Assembly (NCBI GenBank): GCA_965277805.1
Contig: OZ255842.1
Location: 1,024,001 to 1,088,000, forward strand
From: Candidatus Lustribacter sp.
GTDB lineage: Bacteria; Vulcanimicrobiota; Vulcanimicrobiia; Vulcanimicrobiales; Vulcanimicrobiaceae
Direction: 5' to 3'
DNA length: 64,000 bases
Under the pieces are notes generated by a model, which saw only the letters and a list, made by a program, of their open reading frames with translations, had not been told where the DNA came from and ran no database searches. The position numbers were made by a program, and so were the translations under genes. The stretch's first letter is position 1. Each line of letters begins with the position of its first letter. Shown piece after piece: positions 19,514-29,600 of the stretch.

Positions 19514-20397
19514 TTCAGCTCCAGTGCGGCGAGGCGTTCGGGACCGGCGGCCTCGAGCAGCGCGCGGTCGCCGTGCGATCCATACACGTAGCGTTTGAGG
19601 TAGTCGGCCGTGCGGTCGTCTTTCGCATAGTCCTGATATTCCTCGAGGTGCGCCCGGTCGTAGCTGTACACGCCGGGACACGTGCCCGGGTAGGCGCCGT
19701 AGGGAGCGTGCACGACGGCTTCGACGAGGACGCCCGGCACGGTCGTCTGCGTCGGCGCCGCGGTGATAATGCTCGTATCCACGATCTCCTCAGCACTGAG
19801 GATAACGTGCGTTGACGCTTTCGCGATGATGTCTTCCATGTGCCGGCCCCCGAGGCTGACCCCGTTGCCGTATACGTCGGCCCTCGCAACGTGAATGAAC
19901 GCCCAGTCCGGCGCAAGCGGCGGCGTTGCGATCGCGGTGCGGCCGGTGAAGGGATCGGTGATCTCGCGATACACCTGCGGGCTCACTTTGGGGAGATCGT
20001 TCAGCTTGTGAATCGGCGGCAGCGCCACGAACGGTAAGCCGCCGGCCGCCGCGCGCAAGCCGAGGAAGATCGTCGGCTCGTCGACATCGACGATCTCGAC
20101 TTTGCCGGCCTCGACGATGCGCCGGAAGTTGTGCGCGAGTCCCATGAACTCCATGCCGATGTAGGACACCCACAGTTTGCGAACGACGCCCGCCGCAAGC
20201 AGCATATCGACCCACAGCCCGGTGGCCGGCGTCGGGATGATTTCGAGATCGCGAACGCCGCGGCGAATCAGCTCGCGCACGAGCGCCAACGGCGTGTTGC
20301 TGAAGTGGACGCCGCTCGCGATCACCTTCGCCCCGTCCGCGATGCCGGCGAGCGCTTCCGCCGCCGGCATGAGTTTACTGCTGCGCTGCGCGCTCAT
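19510..20397 (-). CDS. Class I CoA-transferase-fold alpha subunit (GctA/IpdA-like)
   Basis: PLALVRELIRRGVRDL, DEPTIFLGLRAAAGGLPF, HVARADVYGN, VVHAPYGAYP. Confidence 0.87.
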   Translation of the reverse strand: MSAQRSSKLMPAAEALAGIADGAKVIASGVHFSNTPLALVRELIRRGVRDLEIIPTPATGLWVDMLLAAGVVRKLWVSYIGMEFMGLAHNFRRIVEAGKVEIVDVDEPTIFLGLRAAAGGLPFVALPPIHKLNDLPKVSPQVYREITDPFTGRTAIATPPLAPDWAFIHVARADVYGNGVSLGGRHMEDIIAKASTHVILSAEEIVDTSIITAAPTQTTVPGVLVEAVVHAPYGAYPGTCPGVYSYDRAHLEEYQDYAKDDRTADYLKRYVYGSHGDRALLEAAGPERLAALELK

Positions 20398-21989
20398 TGC
20401 GACGCCTTCGTTCGTTCGGTTGAAGTGGGTATGCCGGCGCTGAGATCGGCGAACCGTTCGCGCAGCTCGCGTTTGACGACTTTATCCATGCTGTTTTTTG
20501 GCAATGACTCCGTGAAAACGATGCGTTTGGGCACTTTATAATTCGCGAGCGTCTTTTTGCAGCGCTCGAGCAGCGAGGCTTCATCGCCGGTCGCTGAGGG
20601 TTTCATCACAACAACGCCGACCAAGGCTTCGGTCCAATACGGATGCGCGACCCCGATCACGGCGGCTTCGGCGACGCCGGGGTCAGCGAGCAAGACTTCC
20701 TCCACCTCAACGGCCGAGATATTCATGCCGCCGCTGCGCACGATGTCTTTGATCCGGTCGGACATGAAGATGTAGCGTTCGTCGTCCATCCACGCGCCGT
20801 CGCCGGTGCGGAACCAGCCGTCACGCAACGCCTTCTCGATCTCGCCCGGACGATTCCAATAGTCGCGGATCATCGCGTCGGTGCGAATGACCAATTCGCC
20901 CACCTCGCCCGGCGGCGAGTTCCGGCCGGCGTCATCGATCACCCGCACGTCCGCGTGCAGTCCCTCGCGGCCGCACGAGCGCAAGCGCGCGATCCGCTTC
21001 TCGCGCAGCTCTTGCGAAATCCCATCGAGCGTGTGGTCGTCGGGCATCAAGTACGTGGTGAAGCCGCCGGACTCCAACGCGCCGTAGATCCCGAAGATCT
21101 TGCACGGGAACGAGGCGATCATCCGTTCCACCAGCTGTACGGGGAAGACCGCGCCGCCGTAGCCGATGACGCGCAAGCTGCTGAGGTCGGCCGAGTCGAA
21201 GGCCGCATCGTCGAGCAGCGCGATATACTGGCTCGGCACCGGCAGAAAGAACGTCGTCACGCGATGCGAGCCGATCGTGCGGAGAAATTCGGCCGCATCG
21301 AGCCGGGCTTGCAACACGATGCGCGCGCCGATATACGAGTACGACATCAAGAGCGACGAACCCAAACCCAGCGAGATCGGGGACGCAATGATCGTGCGCT
21401 CGTCGCTCGTATGCGGGATGTGCAGCAAGAAGTTGCGCGACCGGGTCAGCAGGTCGCTATGCGTGCTGACGACGCCTTTCGGCAGGCCCGTCGTTCCGCT
21501 CGTGAAGCGAATCGCATAGATGTCGTCTTCATCGACGTCGTAGCCGGGCTCGTCGCCGTCACCCGCGCGCACGTCGTCGTAAGCGATGAATCCGGGCGCG
21601 CTTCCGATGGATATTCGCCACTCGAGCGACTTGGCCGCGGCAATATCCTCGGCGAAACGGACAGCGGACTCCGCCGAGGCCACGATCGTCCGCGCCGCAA
21701 CGTCATCGAGCATGAACACGATCTCGCGTCCGACCAGCCCGCTGGGAATGGGCACGATCACCGCGCCAAGTTTTGCCGCGGCAAAATACGTGGCGGCCAG
21801 TTCGATCGACGAGGTCCCGAGCGCCGCGATACGATCGCCGCGCCGGAGCCCAAGCTCGAACAACCCGGCCGCCAAGTGGTTGACGTTCTCGTTAAATGCG
21901 CGCCACGTTACCGTCGCGCCGCCGGCCTCGAAAGCGATTCGCTCCGGATACCGGAAAGCGTTTCTCCGCGGAATATCGCCAATGCGCAC
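20394..21989 (-). CDS. Acyl/aryl-CoA synthetase (ANL adenylate-forming family)
   Basis: FTSGTTGLPKG, YGALE, GWFRTGD, DRIKDIVRSGGMNI, LPKNSMDKV. Confidence 0.92.
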   Translation of the reverse strand: MRIGDIPRRNAFRYPERIAFEAGGATVTWRAFNENVNHLAAGLFELGLRRGDRIAALGTSSIELAATYFAAAKLGAVIVPIPSGLVGREIVFMLDDVAARTIVASAESAVRFAEDIAAAKSLEWRISIGSAPGFIAYDDVRAGDGDEPGYDVDEDDIYAIRFTSGTTGLPKGVVSTHSDLLTRSRNFLLHIPHTSDERTIIASPISLGLGSSLLMSYSYIGARIVLQARLDAAEFLRTIGSHRVTTFFLPVPSQYIALLDDAAFDSADLSSLRVIGYGGAVFPVQLVERMIASFPCKIFGIYGALESGGFTTYLMPDDHTLDGISQELREKRIARLRSCGREGLHADVRVIDDAGRNSPPGEVGELVIRTDAMIRDYWNRPGEIEKALRDGWFRTGDGAWMDDERYIFMSDRIKDIVRSGGMNISAVEVEEVLLADPGVAEAAVIGVAHPYWTEALVGVVVMKPSATGDEASLLERCKKTLANYKVPKRIVFTESLPKNSMDKVVKRELRERFADLSAGIPTSTERTKASQ

Positions 21990-22017
21990 CCGGCGGAGTT
22001 TGGCGGCGTCCCCCGCA

Positions 22018-22065
22018 TGTCATCCCGAGCTCAGGATGGCATCCCGAGCTTGTCGAGGGACCGCC
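22018..22065 (+). repeat. Composite REP: collapsed inverted pair followed by a full copy
   Basis: TGTCATCC-CGAGCTCA-GGATGGCA hairpin overlapping TGGCATCCCGAGCTTGTCGAGGGACCGCC. Confidence 0.85.
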
Positions 22066-22078
22066 GCAACCGCCGTCG

Positions 22079-22462
22079 TTAGGTTTTCTTGCGTTGGTGG
22101 ATGCCGAAGAAATTGCCGTCGGGATCGCTGCCGAACGCCATGAAGCAGACCGGCGTCTCGAACGGATCGGCCAGCTTTGCGCCGTTCTCGCGGAACTGCT
22201 TGACAGCCGCATTGATGTCGGCAACGGCGAAGAGCGCGGCGTAGCCCTTTCCGTTCGTCGGATTGTCGGCCGGCTGCCACACGCCGAACGTCGTGCCGTC
22301 GGAGAGTTCGAACTCGGCGCCGCTCTCTTCGTCGTCAATGGCGGTCGGCTTCATGCCGAGGACATCGCGATAGAAGGCGATCAAGCGCTTTGCATCCGTT
22401 GTAGCGGGGCCGAAAATGTCGACACCGGTGATTTGCGTGCCGGCGGGGGCGGTGGTTGCCAT
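22079..22462 (-). CDS. VOC/glyoxalase family protein
   Basis: FYRDVLGM, FAVADI, SDPDGNFFGIH. Confidence 0.9.
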   Translation of the reverse strand: MATTAPAGTQITGVDIFGPATTDAKRLIAFYRDVLGMKPTAIDDEESGAEFELSDGTTFGVWQPADNPTNGKGYAALFAVADINAAVKQFRENGAKLADPFETPVCFMAFGSDPDGNFFGIHQRKKT

Positions 22463-22510
22463 GGGAAGTTCTCCTCGGTTTTGGGTTGTTTTGACTAGCC
22501 TACCAGGCTA

Positions 22511-22533
22511 TACTTGACAGGTAATGTCAGGTA
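22511..22533. promoter_or_regulatory. Putative WYL-regulator operator TGACA-N5-TGTCA
   Basis: TACTTGACAGGTAATGTCAGGTA near-perfect palindrome between the divergent VOC and WYL genes. Confidence 0.7.
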
Positions 22534-22543
22534 TCTCGAACCG

Positions 22544-23545
22544 GTGAAATCCGATCGGCTTCTGGCCCTTTTACTCGCACTGCAGCAAGCCGGAAAGCAA
22601 TCGGCCACCGCCTTGGCCGAGCAGCTGGAAGTCTCGGTGCGAACGATCTACCGCGATGCCGATGCGCTCTCGGCGGCGGGCGTGCCGGTCTATGCCGAGC
22701 GCGGCAGCCACGGCGGCATCGTGCTCGCGGATGCCTATCGCGACACGCTCGCGCGATTCGACGAAAACGAAGTGCGCGCGCTGTTCGTCTCGAGCGACGA
22801 CGCGCTGGCGGATATCGGCCTGACCGGCGGACACCGCAGCGCGCTCGACAAACTCGCGCGCGCGATGCCGGCGCGCTCGCGCGAGCAGCTCGGCGCAACG
22901 CGCGGCCGCGTCCATATCGACGGCCGGCGTTGGATCGGCGTATCGCCGCCGTCCGCTGCGCTCGCCACATTGCGCGAGGCGGTATGGAACGATCGCTGGG
23001 TGACGATCGCCTATACGGATCGCGGCGGCAAGGTCACGCGCCGCACGCTCGAGCCGTTCGGGCTCGTCACGAAAGCCGGTATCTGGTATCTGATCGCCCG
23101 CGATCGCGGTAGCGTCAAGACGTTTCGCGTTCAGCGCGTTGCCAGGGCGCGCATGCTCGAACGGCGTTTCACGCGCCCGAGCACCTTCGACGCCGGCGAG
23201 TACTGGAAGGACGTCGCCTCCCACGTCGCGCGCGAAGAAGAACCATACATCGCCACATTCCGCATGACGCGCCGCGGCCTCGCGAACGCATTGGTGTATT
23301 GCCACGTCGAATCGAAGACCCGCGTGCGCAACGCGCGGCGCGCGGAATGGCTCGTGCGCATCAAGTTCCCCGTCTTCGAAGCCGCGCTGCACGAAGCAAT
23401 CAGCTGGCACGACGACGGCATCGCGGTCGACCCGCCCGAGCTCTGCCGCCGCATCCACGCCCACGCAAGCGAACTAGCAAACCTCTACCATCCCCGTCAT
23501 CCCGAGCTTGTCGAGGGACAGCCACCCAGCGCCGTCGCCGGCTAA
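22544..23545 (+). CDS. YafY-type wHTH-WYL-WCX transcriptional regulator
   Basis: DRLLALLLALQ..LAEQLEVSVRTIYRD; EPFGLV..WYLIA..FRVQR. Confidence 0.93.
   Translation: MKSDRLLALLLALQQAGKQSATALAEQLEVSVRTIYRDADALSAAGVPVYAERGSHGGIVLADAYRDTLARFDENEVRALFVSSDDALADIGLTGGHRSALDKLARAMPARSREQLGATRGRVHIDGRRWIGVSPPSAALATLREAVWNDRWVTIAYTDRGGKVTRRTLEPFGLVTKAGIWYLIARDRGSVKTFRVQRVARARMLERRFTRPSTFDAGEYWKDVASHVAREEEPYIATFRMTRRGLANALVYCHVESKTRVRNARRAEWLVRIKFPVFEAALHEAISWHDDGIAVDPPELCRRIHAHASELANLYHPRHPELVEGQPPSAVAG
23495..23523 (+). repeat. REP-like palindrome translated in the WYL C-terminus
   Basis: CGTCATCCCGAGCTTGTCGAGGGACAGCC = RHPELVEGQ. Confidence 0.88.
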
Positions 23546-24408
23546 GCCGTCCGGATAACCGCCCCGTCAAGCGCATACGGCGCATAGAGAAAATCACGAA
23601 TCCGCAGCACGCTACCGTTGTGCCAATCGAGCAAGACGAAGTATGAGACGTCGTTCGGCGCGGCCTCTTCGTAGACGAGCACGGCGGGATGACCGTCGAC
23701 AGAGCCCAGTTCGAAATGCCGCGGCGTCGCCTTTGCATAGTTGGTGAAGTAATTCTGCACTTCGACCTTCCCGACGAGCTGACGGCGATTCACCAGATCC
23801 AGCCGCACTTCTTCGGCGAGCATCGAGCGCACGGCGTCGTAGTCGCGCGCGTTGAAGCGATCGATGTACGCCGCCAGCAGCGTGCGTTCCGTCGGGGAAA
23901 GCACCGGCGGCGGGAAATCCTCCGGTTCTTTGGCGAGCTCGTGCAATCGCGTGCGTCCGCGGTGCAATGCCGACTTCACCGCCGGCAGGCTCGCCTCCAT
24001 GATCTCCCCGATCTCGTTGAGCGAGTACCCCAGCACGTCCATCAAAATGACGCTGCTGCGCTGCACGGTCGGCAATCGCATGAACGTCCGCAAACTGGTG
24101 GAGAGCAACTCGGGATCGGGCTGCTCGTCATCGGGATCGACCATTGTTTCGGGATCCTCATTCGACTGCCGAGCTTGCGCCCGGGCCTGACGCCGCAAGA
24201 AATCGAGCGCCGCATTATGCGCGATACGAAAGAGCCACCGCTCCGGCTGCGCCACGTCATCCGCCTGCGCCCGCGCGCGGACGGCCTTAACCAAGGCCTC
24301 CTGAAGCACGTCCTCGCCATCAACCACATTGCCGGTCATGCGCGAGCAATACCGATGCAGCTTCCCCCGCAACCCCACCACCAGCAGCTCAAACTCACCA
24401 TCCGTCAT
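23542..24408 (-). CDS. ECF sigma factor with C-terminal SnoaL-like extension
   Basis: HRYCSRMTG..DGEDVLQE, WLFRIAHN, LMDVLGYS..AVKSALHRGR; YIDRFNARD..MLAEEV extension. Confidence 0.9.
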   Translation of the reverse strand: MTDGEFELLVVGLRGKLHRYCSRMTGNVVDGEDVLQEALVKAVRARAQADDVAQPERWLFRIAHNAALDFLRRQARAQARQSNEDPETMVDPDDEQPDPELLSTSLRTFMRLPTVQRSSVILMDVLGYSLNEIGEIMEASLPAVKSALHRGRTRLHELAKEPEDFPPPVLSPTERTLLAAYIDRFNARDYDAVRSMLAEEVRLDLVNRRQLVGKVEVQNYFTNYAKATPRHFELGSVDGHPAVLVYEEAAPNDVSYFVLLDWHNGSVLRIRDFLYAPYALDGAVIRTA

Positions 24409-24461
24409 ACTGCCCTGACGTTCGTGGCGCTTCAAAAGATTCTCTTGAGTTATGACAGGGT

Positions 24462-24492
24462 GGGAGAATCCTTTCGGCACGGTCGGTCGTCA
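24462..24492 (+). promoter_or_regulatory. Possible ECF-type promoter for the divergent small gene
   Basis: GGGAGAATC...CGTCA; CGTC ends 8 nt before ATG 24500 (leaderless geometry). Confidence 0.35.
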
Positions 24493-24499
24493 TAGCGGC

Positions 24500-24805
24500 A
24501 TGGAACAGATAATCATTCGCTACAAAACCAAGCCCGAAGCTACGGCCAAAAATACAGAGCTCATCGAAAACGTCTTCCGCGAACTAACCGCCGCCGCACC
24601 CGAAGGCGTGAGCTACGCCGTCCTGCGGACCGACGATGGTACGTTCTTTCACATTGCGTCCTACGAGAGCGAAGAAGCGAATGAACGGCTCACCGGCCTG
24701 CCCGCGTTCGAAGCGTTCCAAAAGGACGGCCAGTCACGCCGCATCACCCCGCCCGAACGCAACGAAGTCACCGTCGTCGGCAACTACCGCATTCTCCCGA
24801 CGTAA
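24500..24805 (+). CDS. Small ABM/dimeric alpha+beta barrel-like protein
   Basis: IRYKTKPE..N.ELIENVFREL...DGTFFH...LPAF.AFQ; divergent from ECF sigma. Confidence 0.75.
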   Translation: MEQIIIRYKTKPEATAKNTELIENVFRELTAAAPEGVSYAVLRTDDGTFFHIASYESEEANERLTGLPAFEAFQKDGQSRRITPPERNEVTVVGNYRILPT

Positions 24806-24812
24806 GCTGGGT

Positions 24813-24841
24813 GGCGGCCACTCGACAAGCTCGGGGTGGCG
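24813..24841 (-). repeat. REP-like palindrome (only full reverse-oriented copy)
   Basis: Reverse complement CGCCACCCCGAGCTTGTCGAGTGGCCGCC. Confidence 0.8.
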
Positions 24842-24917
24842 CCGGTCTCGGACGATTGTGAGGATTCGCAGCGATACTGAGAGGGCAATCTCCATCCCAT
24901 CGAAGGAAGTCCTCAGT

Positions 24918-25331
24918 ATGATGCGTTTCTTTCCGGTCCTCACCGCGGCGGCCGCGCTCGCCCTGACAGTCAGCGCGTTCACCCTGGGCGACCTCGCGCT
25001 CGGCCGCATCGCGCCGGCCTCGGCGCAGGCGGCACCGGCACCGGGCGGTGCTCAAGGCTACGCTAAAGGACGTCGGCGGTTCGCGAAGATGCTGTTGTCG
25101 CTCAATCTCTCGGACGGCCAGAAGAACCAGATCCGTTCGATCATGGCCGATGCCCGCGCCAAGAGCAAAACGCTGACCGATCCGCAGGACAAGCGCAAAG
25201 CGATGTTCGGCGCGTTCAAGAACATCGAGGCCGTCCTCACCCCCGCGCAAAAGACCAAGCTCCATGCCGAGCAGGCCGCCTACAAAGCGCACGAAGGCCC
25301 TCCGGGCGGAGGCAATCCCGGCGGATCGTAG
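24918..25331 (+). CDS. Spy/CpxP-like LTxxQ periplasmic protein
   Basis: Signal peptide; LNLSDGQKNQI and VLTPAQKTKL. Confidence 0.8.
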   Translation: MMRFFPVLTAAAALALTVSAFTLGDLALGRIAPASAQAAPAPGGAQGYAKGRRRFAKMLLSLNLSDGQKNQIRSIMADARAKSKTLTDPQDKRKAMFGAFKNIEAVLTPAQKTKLHAEQAAYKAHEGPPGGGNPGGS

Positions 25332-25335
25332 TCTC

Positions 25336-26652
25336 ATGACCCGATCGCTCTTCGCGCTCGTCATTGCGGCGACGCTCTTCGCCGGCTGCGCCAAGGCCGG
25401 CGGCGGAGGGCGGGCGCGCACGGCGCCGTCCGCAAACCCGATCCCGACCGTTAGCGCCAAGGTCACGACCGTGCGCGCGAGGTCGACGATTTCGGGCGTG
25501 ATCGCGCCGCTGCAAAACGTCGCCATCACGAGCCAGCTGGCCGAGCCGGCGGATAGCGTCGCCGTGAACGAAGGCGACCGCGTGCACTCCGGCGAGGTGA
25601 TCGCGGTGCTCGACACCGCCGACCTGCGCGCGCAGTTGGCGCAAGCGGTCGCGACCGTCGATACCGATCAGCGCACGGCTGAATCCGACGACGCCAAGGT
25701 CGCGCAATCGCGCTACACCTTGCGGCTGAACATCGATCAGGGCGGCGATCAGGTGCAAACCGCGCGCGCGGCGCTGGCGCAGGCCACCCAAACGCTCACC
25801 AACGACGAGACGAACCTCACCCGCGACCAAACGCTGCTCACCAACGGCTACGTCGCGCAGCAAGCCGTCGATCAGCAGAACACGCAAGTGCAAAACGATC
25901 GCGCGGCGGTGCGGACCGCGCAAGCGCAGTTGCAATCGGCGCTGACCAACCAGTCCGTGAACGGCACGAACAACGCCGGTCTCCAAGCCTCCAACGTCGC
26001 CTCGGCCGCAGCCGAAGCCCGCGCCGCGCATGCGGTGGTGGAGCAGGCGCGCGCAGCCGTGCAGCAGCTGCAAACGCAGATCGCGAAGGCGACGATCGTT
26101 TCGCCGATCGACGGCGTCGTGGTCAACCGCAACCTCAATCCGGGCGAGTATCCGGCGTCGCGCACGATCTTCACGCTGCAGCAACTCAACAACGTCTACG
26201 CCGAGCTGAACGCATCGAGCGCCGACACGTTCGCGATTCCGGTCGGCGCGCCGGTTACGATGAACGTCGCCGGCGCCAACAGCCAAACGTACAGCGGGCG
26301 CGTCGTCGCGGTCCTCGGGCAAGTCACGCCAGGTTCGACCAACTTCACGGTCAAGGTGCTGGTCGCGAATCCGGATCAGAAGCTGCAGTCCGGCATTCCG
26401 GTGACGGCAACCGCAACGTTACCGCCGGTCACGGGCGTCGGCATTCCGACCACCGCGTTTCTCGATGAAACGCACACGTCGGTCATGATTGCCGACGACG
26501 AGCTCGTCGATACCGTGGCCAAGACCGTGCACGTGCACGAGATCGGTTCCAACGCGACCACGTCGATCGTGACCGGCCTCAAACCGGGCCAAAGCGTCGT
26601 CGCGAACGGCCAACTCGGGGTTACCGACGGTCAATCGCTGGCCCAAGAGTAA
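25336..26652 (+). CDS. RND membrane fusion (periplasmic adaptor) lipoprotein
   Basis: LFAGC lipobox; VNEGDRV.SGEVIAVLD; coiled-coil hairpin; IVSPIDGVV; GLKPGQSVV. Confidence 0.92.
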   Translation: MTRSLFALVIAATLFAGCAKAGGGGRARTAPSANPIPTVSAKVTTVRARSTISGVIAPLQNVAITSQLAEPADSVAVNEGDRVHSGEVIAVLDTADLRAQLAQAVATVDTDQRTAESDDAKVAQSRYTLRLNIDQGGDQVQTARAALAQATQTLTNDETNLTRDQTLLTNGYVAQQAVDQQNTQVQNDRAAVRTAQAQLQSALTNQSVNGTNNAGLQASNVASAAAEARAAHAVVEQARAAVQQLQTQIAKATIVSPIDGVVVNRNLNPGEYPASRTIFTLQQLNNVYAELNASSADTFAIPVGAPVTMNVAGANSQTYSGRVVAVLGQVTPGSTNFTVKVLVANPDQKLQSGIPVTATATLPPVTGVGIPTTAFLDETHTSVMIADDELVDTVAKTVHVHEIGSNATTSIVTGLKPGQSVVANGQLGVTDGQSLAQE

Positions 26653-26655
26653 ATA

Positions 26656-29600
26656 ATGCGCCTGACGCAACTGTTCGTCAACCGGCCGCCGCTGGTCTTC
26701 GTCCTCGTTGCCGTCGTTGCGCTCGCCGGCTGCTTTGCGCTGGCGACGCTCGTGCAGCAGAACACGCCCAATATCGACTTCCCAGTCGTGTCGGTCAGCG
26801 CATCGTATCCCGGCGCGCCGCCGTCGGAATTGCGCGACTCGGTCGTGCGGCCGATCGAAGACGCGATTGCGGGCGCGCCCAACATCGACCACATCAACAC
26901 GTCGATTCAGCAGAACCAGGCAACGATCAGCACGTTCTTCACGCTCGATTCGAACCAAACGACCGACCTCACCGAGGTGCAAGACCGCGTGCAGACCGCG
27001 CGCGCGGCACTCCCGTCGGACCTGCCGGCGCCGACCGTGCGCACGTTCGATCCCGCCCAAGCCACGATCACCACGCTCTCGGTCACGTCGCAATCGCTGA
27101 GCATCGCCGACCTCTCGGCGATCGTCACGAACACGATCGTGCCCGCGCTCGAACAAGTGCCGGGCGTTTCGAGCGTCACCGCCAACGGCACCGTAACGCC
27201 CGCGCTCGAGGTGAAGGTCGACCCGCAGAAGCTCTCGGGCTTCGGTTTCACGGCAAACGACGTGGTCAGTGCGATCCAGTCGAACAACGTGCGCGCGCCG
27301 GGCGGAGTCGCTTACGCGCCCAACCGTGAAACGACGATCGACATCCGCGGCGATATCCAAACGCCCGATCAGATTTCGAACCTGCTGCTCAGCGGCACGA
27401 CGACGGTGCTCAAGGGAGCGACCTCGCCGTCCGGGACGATCACGCAGAAGTACACCGGCACGAGCGGGTCGACGAATCAAGCGCTGGCGCTGAGCAGCAG
27501 CGCCGTGACGACCGGCGCCGCCGGTTCCGCGACCAACCCGTTCTCGACGCAAGCGCGGCTGCCGCGCATCGGTGACGTCGCGACCGTCTCCGACGGCTAC
27601 GAGCCCAAACGCGTCTACTCGTACGTCTCGGGCGTGCCGGCGATCACGCTGAACGTGCTGAAGGGGGCCGGCGCAAGCGAGGTGACGGCCTCGCGCGCCG
27701 TACAAGCCGCGCTGCCCGGCATCGAGGCGCAGTACCCCGACGTGCAGTTCCGCGTGCTCAACGTCCAGGCCGACTACACCCAGCAACAGCTGCTGAGCGT
27801 CGTGTACACGCTGCTCGAGGGCGTCGCCTTCACCGGCATCGCGATGCTGTTCTTTCTGCGTTCGTGGCGCAATGCGCTGGTCGTGATGGTCGCGATCCCG
27901 ACGTCGCTCTTCGTGACGCTGTTCGTGATGCGGCTCTTGAACTTTACCATCGACACCGTGTCGCTCTTGGCGATGACGCTGATCGTCGGCATCCTGGTCG
28001 ACGACTCGATCGTCGTGCTGGAGAACGTCGAGCGTCACTATGACGACGGCGAAGCCCCGCGCACCGCGGCGATCCTCGGACGCAGCGAAATCGGCTCGGC
28101 CGCGATCGTGATCACGCTGGTCGACGTCGTCGTATTCTTTCCGCTGGCGTTCTTGCCCGGCATCACCGGCCGCTTCCTCAGCGAATTCGGCATCGTGGTC
28201 GTGATCGCGACCCTCACCTCGCTTGTGGTGTCGTTCACCGTGACGCCGTCGCTGGCCGGCAACTGGTCGCTACGCTCGAACTGGAGGGCGCCGCGCTTCA
28301 TCGCGGCCTTCACCACCGGGTTCGCGCGCTTGCGCGACTGGTACACCTCGCGCGTTCTGCCGCTCGCGCTGCGCTACCCGATCCCGATCGTCGTGGTAGT
28401 CGGGCTGCTAACGGCCGGTGCGATCTCGCTGATCCCGCTCGGTGTCGTCGGCTTCGAGCTCTTCCCGGCGCAAGACCGCGGCCAGATTTTCGTGCAAGTG
28501 CAGTATCCGACCGGCACGCCGTTGACGACGACCGATGCGACGGTGCGCGAACTCACGCAGCACATTTTGGAATTGCCGGATATCCAGCGCGTCACGTCGG
28601 TCTCGGGCGCGTTGCAACAGGGCTTCGGCGGCTCGCTCAACCTCGGCTCGAACGGCCAGATCACGGTGTTCCTCAACGACAAGCGCACGCACTCAACCGA
28701 CGAGCTTGCGCGTCAGATGACGGGCATCGGACGGCGCTTCGGCCACGGCGCACGCGTGATCGCGATTCCGGCAACCGGCACGCGCGGCGGCAACTCGCAG
28801 CCGATCGACGTGACCGTGCAGACGACGCGCGGCGAACCCGACGCCTACGCGGTGCAGATCATGGGCGCGCTCGCCGACACACCCGGCACGGCCAACGTGA
28901 ACAGCTCGGCCGTGCGCTTCACGCCGCAGATCGACATCGAATTCAACCGCGATCGCGCTCGCGCGCTCGACGTGAACATCGGCTCGGCCGCACTCGCCGT
29001 ACGGGCCGCGTTCGGCGGCACGCTCGCAACGCAGTTCGACACCAACAACGGCACCAAGTACGTGCAAGTCCTTTACCCGATGGTGGACCAAACGAGCCTC
29101 AAGACGCTCGACTCGATCACGCTGCGGTCGGGCACCGGCGCGATCGTGCACCTCGGCGATATCGCGACGCTGGTCAATGCGCCCGCGCAAGCGCTGATCA
29201 CGCGCGTCAACCGCCAGACCGTGATCCACCTCGGCGCGAACGTCGAGAACGGCTATCTCCTCTCGAACGTTCAGCGCGACTTCCTCGCACGCGTGAAGGC
29301 GCTGCATCTGCCGAACACCGTGATCGTCGGCGCGGCGCCCGGCGGAAACCAGCAGAACCTGATCCTAACGGTGCAGGGTCTCGGCTGGGCGCTCGCGCTC
29401 TCGATCGTGCTCGTGTATCTGCTGATGGTCGCGCTCTACGATGCCTATCGCGCACCCTTCGTGATCATGTTCGCCGTGCCGGTCGCCGCGATCGGCGCGT
29501 TCGGCTTCCTCGCGATCACGCATCAGGGCTTGAATCTGTACTCGATCATCGGCGTGGTGATGCTGGTCGGACTCGTCAGCAAGAACGGGATCTTGCTGGT

